Shown here: positions 62,072 to 64,000 of the stretch, in pieces
How positions within the stretch are numbered: the first letter of the stretch is position 1
How the letters are laid out: each line of letters begins with the position of its first letter
Assembly (NCBI GenBank): GCA_010093605.1
Contig: MU004182.1
Location: 2,465,195 to 2,529,194, forward strand
Origin: Lophium mytilinum
Lineage: Eukaryota
Length of the DNA stretch: 64,000 nt
Direction: 5' to 3'
Translations under genes and position numbers: made by a program
Notes under the pieces: model-generated
What the model saw: only the letters and a program-made list of their open reading frames with translations
Told to the model about the DNA's origin: nothing
Database searches by the model: none

Positions 62072-64000
62072 CTACTCGTGGGCGTGGCTTTGCTTCGTCT
62101 TCTTCGTACGAGTGACGCTCTGCCATATATCCGTCCAGATTCCTAGGGGTGCGTCGATGCTCGCTTCATAGGCGTCAATCGCCGGTCGCTCCCAAACGAG
62201 ATCGGCCTCAAGTGGTTTGACAAACTTCGACCTCTTGATGAGCTTGAAGCCTATCCAGGCCACGACACAAATAAAGCACATCGCGTAGTAAGTCATGAAA
62301 GTTCCGACGTCGAAGGAATAGAACACCGCATATCCGTAGATGCAAAGCGTGACAGTCATGGTGATAAGGCCAGCGATGGCCACGTAGGGCTGGCCCCAGC
62401 CCTTGTATGGAAGGCTATTGCGGTCGTAGCCTTGAGCCTTCATGGCGCGGTAGAAGAACAGGTAGATGGTGCACATGAAGATGTAGTCCAGAAGCTGAGC
62501 AGCCTGGGTGATGTTTGCTAGCCTAGAAAATGTTAGCTTGGGTATCTGAGAAAAGAGGATGATTTGGAATACCATTTTACACCCTGTGCAGCACCGCTGC
62601 TGACCGAGAGGAAGCCCAAGAATGGGAAGATCATAGTCACGAGGAAGCAGTAGATCGGGATTCCCTTCTTGGTAGTCTTCCGCAGGAACCTAGGCGCATG
62701 GCCATCAATGGATAGCGAGTAGAGTGTCCGGGTAGCGCAGTAAACGTAGGAATTGCCTAGAGATGTGTCAGTTCATGGAGGTCGAGAATTAATTCTAAGT
62801 TGAAAGGAGTGACGTATGGCTAGCAATAAATAGACGTCTTGGAACTGTAACGATCGGATAGATTCGACATACCGGCTGAGAAGATAGACGTGACCATGAG
62901 GGCATTCGTAAGGTCAGGCAGAACCGAGATTCCCATGTTCTTCATCGCGATGACGTAGGGCGAAGACGCTCCGGTGCCAGTTCCGACGTTGTTCAGGAGG
63001 TCATTAAGGGTTGGATCGTCGTATGGCAGGATGATACCGACGCAAAGGGCTCCGAGAATGAAGAAGATTCCGAATCGCCAGTACATGGTTTTAAAGGCTG
63101 CCTTGATCGTCACACGGGGATAGATGGCTTCTCCAGCAACCATGGCGACGTACTCCGGACCGACAATCGTGAAAGAAGCTTGGAAGTATGCGCCCAAAAA
63201 TCCTTCGAACCGGCCGAGAGATCCAGTGTGAATATACTCCGCAAACGAGCCAGGCTTGTTCCAGTTTCTGAATCCATAGGCGTCGTGTTTGGGATTACCA
63301 CCAACCTGTGGAACTATCAGCAGTGCATGTAACATCTTGTGAAGTTGGCTTACCATGGTGACGAAGGTGAAGCAAAATAGCATGATGATAAGGATGATCT
63401 TGCCAGAGGCACTATGGACGTTTAGCCTTCTCTTGAACAACCGACAGAGACGGGGAGCTCACAGCCAGAATTCGCTCTCGCCATATGCTCGCACGGCAAG
63501 AAGGTTGATGGCGCTGGATAGAGTTAGTGAGGTGCTTGGGGCTTGCGCTTATGGGTATGGTATCGTACGCGTATAGGACGACGCAGGCGGACACGACGGC
63601 GGCAACGGGGATATCATCTCTCCAGAAAGTCAAGACTAGATTGAGCGCTGATATCTCGAACGGGATCAAGACAGCTTCATATAGCTACAGGTGTTGTTAG
63701 CATCCTCCTGTGCCTCGAGGCGAGGCCAGCCCTGCGGATCGGACTCCACGAATCCGATCAACCGACGTCATGTCGACACAAGGCTAGGTACACGGAGCTC
63801 TTCAAGAACTTACAAAGAAGTTCCAACCCGCCATGAAGCCGTATGCTTCGTCTACCCACATAGAGCCCATGCGGACCCAGCCACCAACGACTGGCATGAA
63901 GACGGTCATCTCAGCCATGCAGCTGTTGACTAGGGCCAAGAACCCGCAGTATATGGCGAAGGCGAGGAACAAGCTCCCCGGACCGCCCTCAATGAGGCCC
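62072..64000 (-). CDS. Amino acid permease (APC/YAT family, DIP5/AGP2-like), 5' end beyond the window
   Basis: GGPGSLFLAF, FGFMAGWNFF, YGESEFWL, GFRNWNKPG, GPEYVAMVAGEA, SSPYVIAM, LPYKGWGQPY. Several introns. Confidence 0.9.

Overview
Gene-dense, intron-rich eukaryotic DNA from a filamentous ascomycete (Pezizomycotina; inferred from short GT-AG introns with CTRAC branch points and from the gene content). About 27 protein-coding genes are supported. Housekeeping genes dominate the first ~47 kb: MRS3/4 carrier, mitochondrial AsnRS, COA6, SYS1, TFC4, ASPM-like, RAD9 clamp subunit, HMT1, PRP17, ERV14, MAP1, a PHD protein, CoA-transferase III and RIB5. That part also holds a GH32 fructosidase, a bacterial-type PARG-like macrodomain gene, an F-box/LRR gene and an MFS transporter. 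From ~47.8 kb the content is more accessory and metabolic: AA9 LPMO-CBM1, GH105 divergent from a DAL5-like MFS, a small spliced gene missed by the ORF track, a secreted SRPBCC protein, a PI-PLC-X protein and a truncated amino-acid permease. The clearest structures not explained by genes are (1) a 189-bp MITE-like element with 36-bp terminal inverted repeats between TA dinucleotides (26522-26710) and (2) a decayed tandem array of ~168-bp units (~39510-40420) whose consensus reads as an open 56-codon repeat. No rRNA, tRNA or CRISPR array is evident. Gene identities come from motif recognition, not database searches. Spliced CDSs are given as start-to-stop spans.
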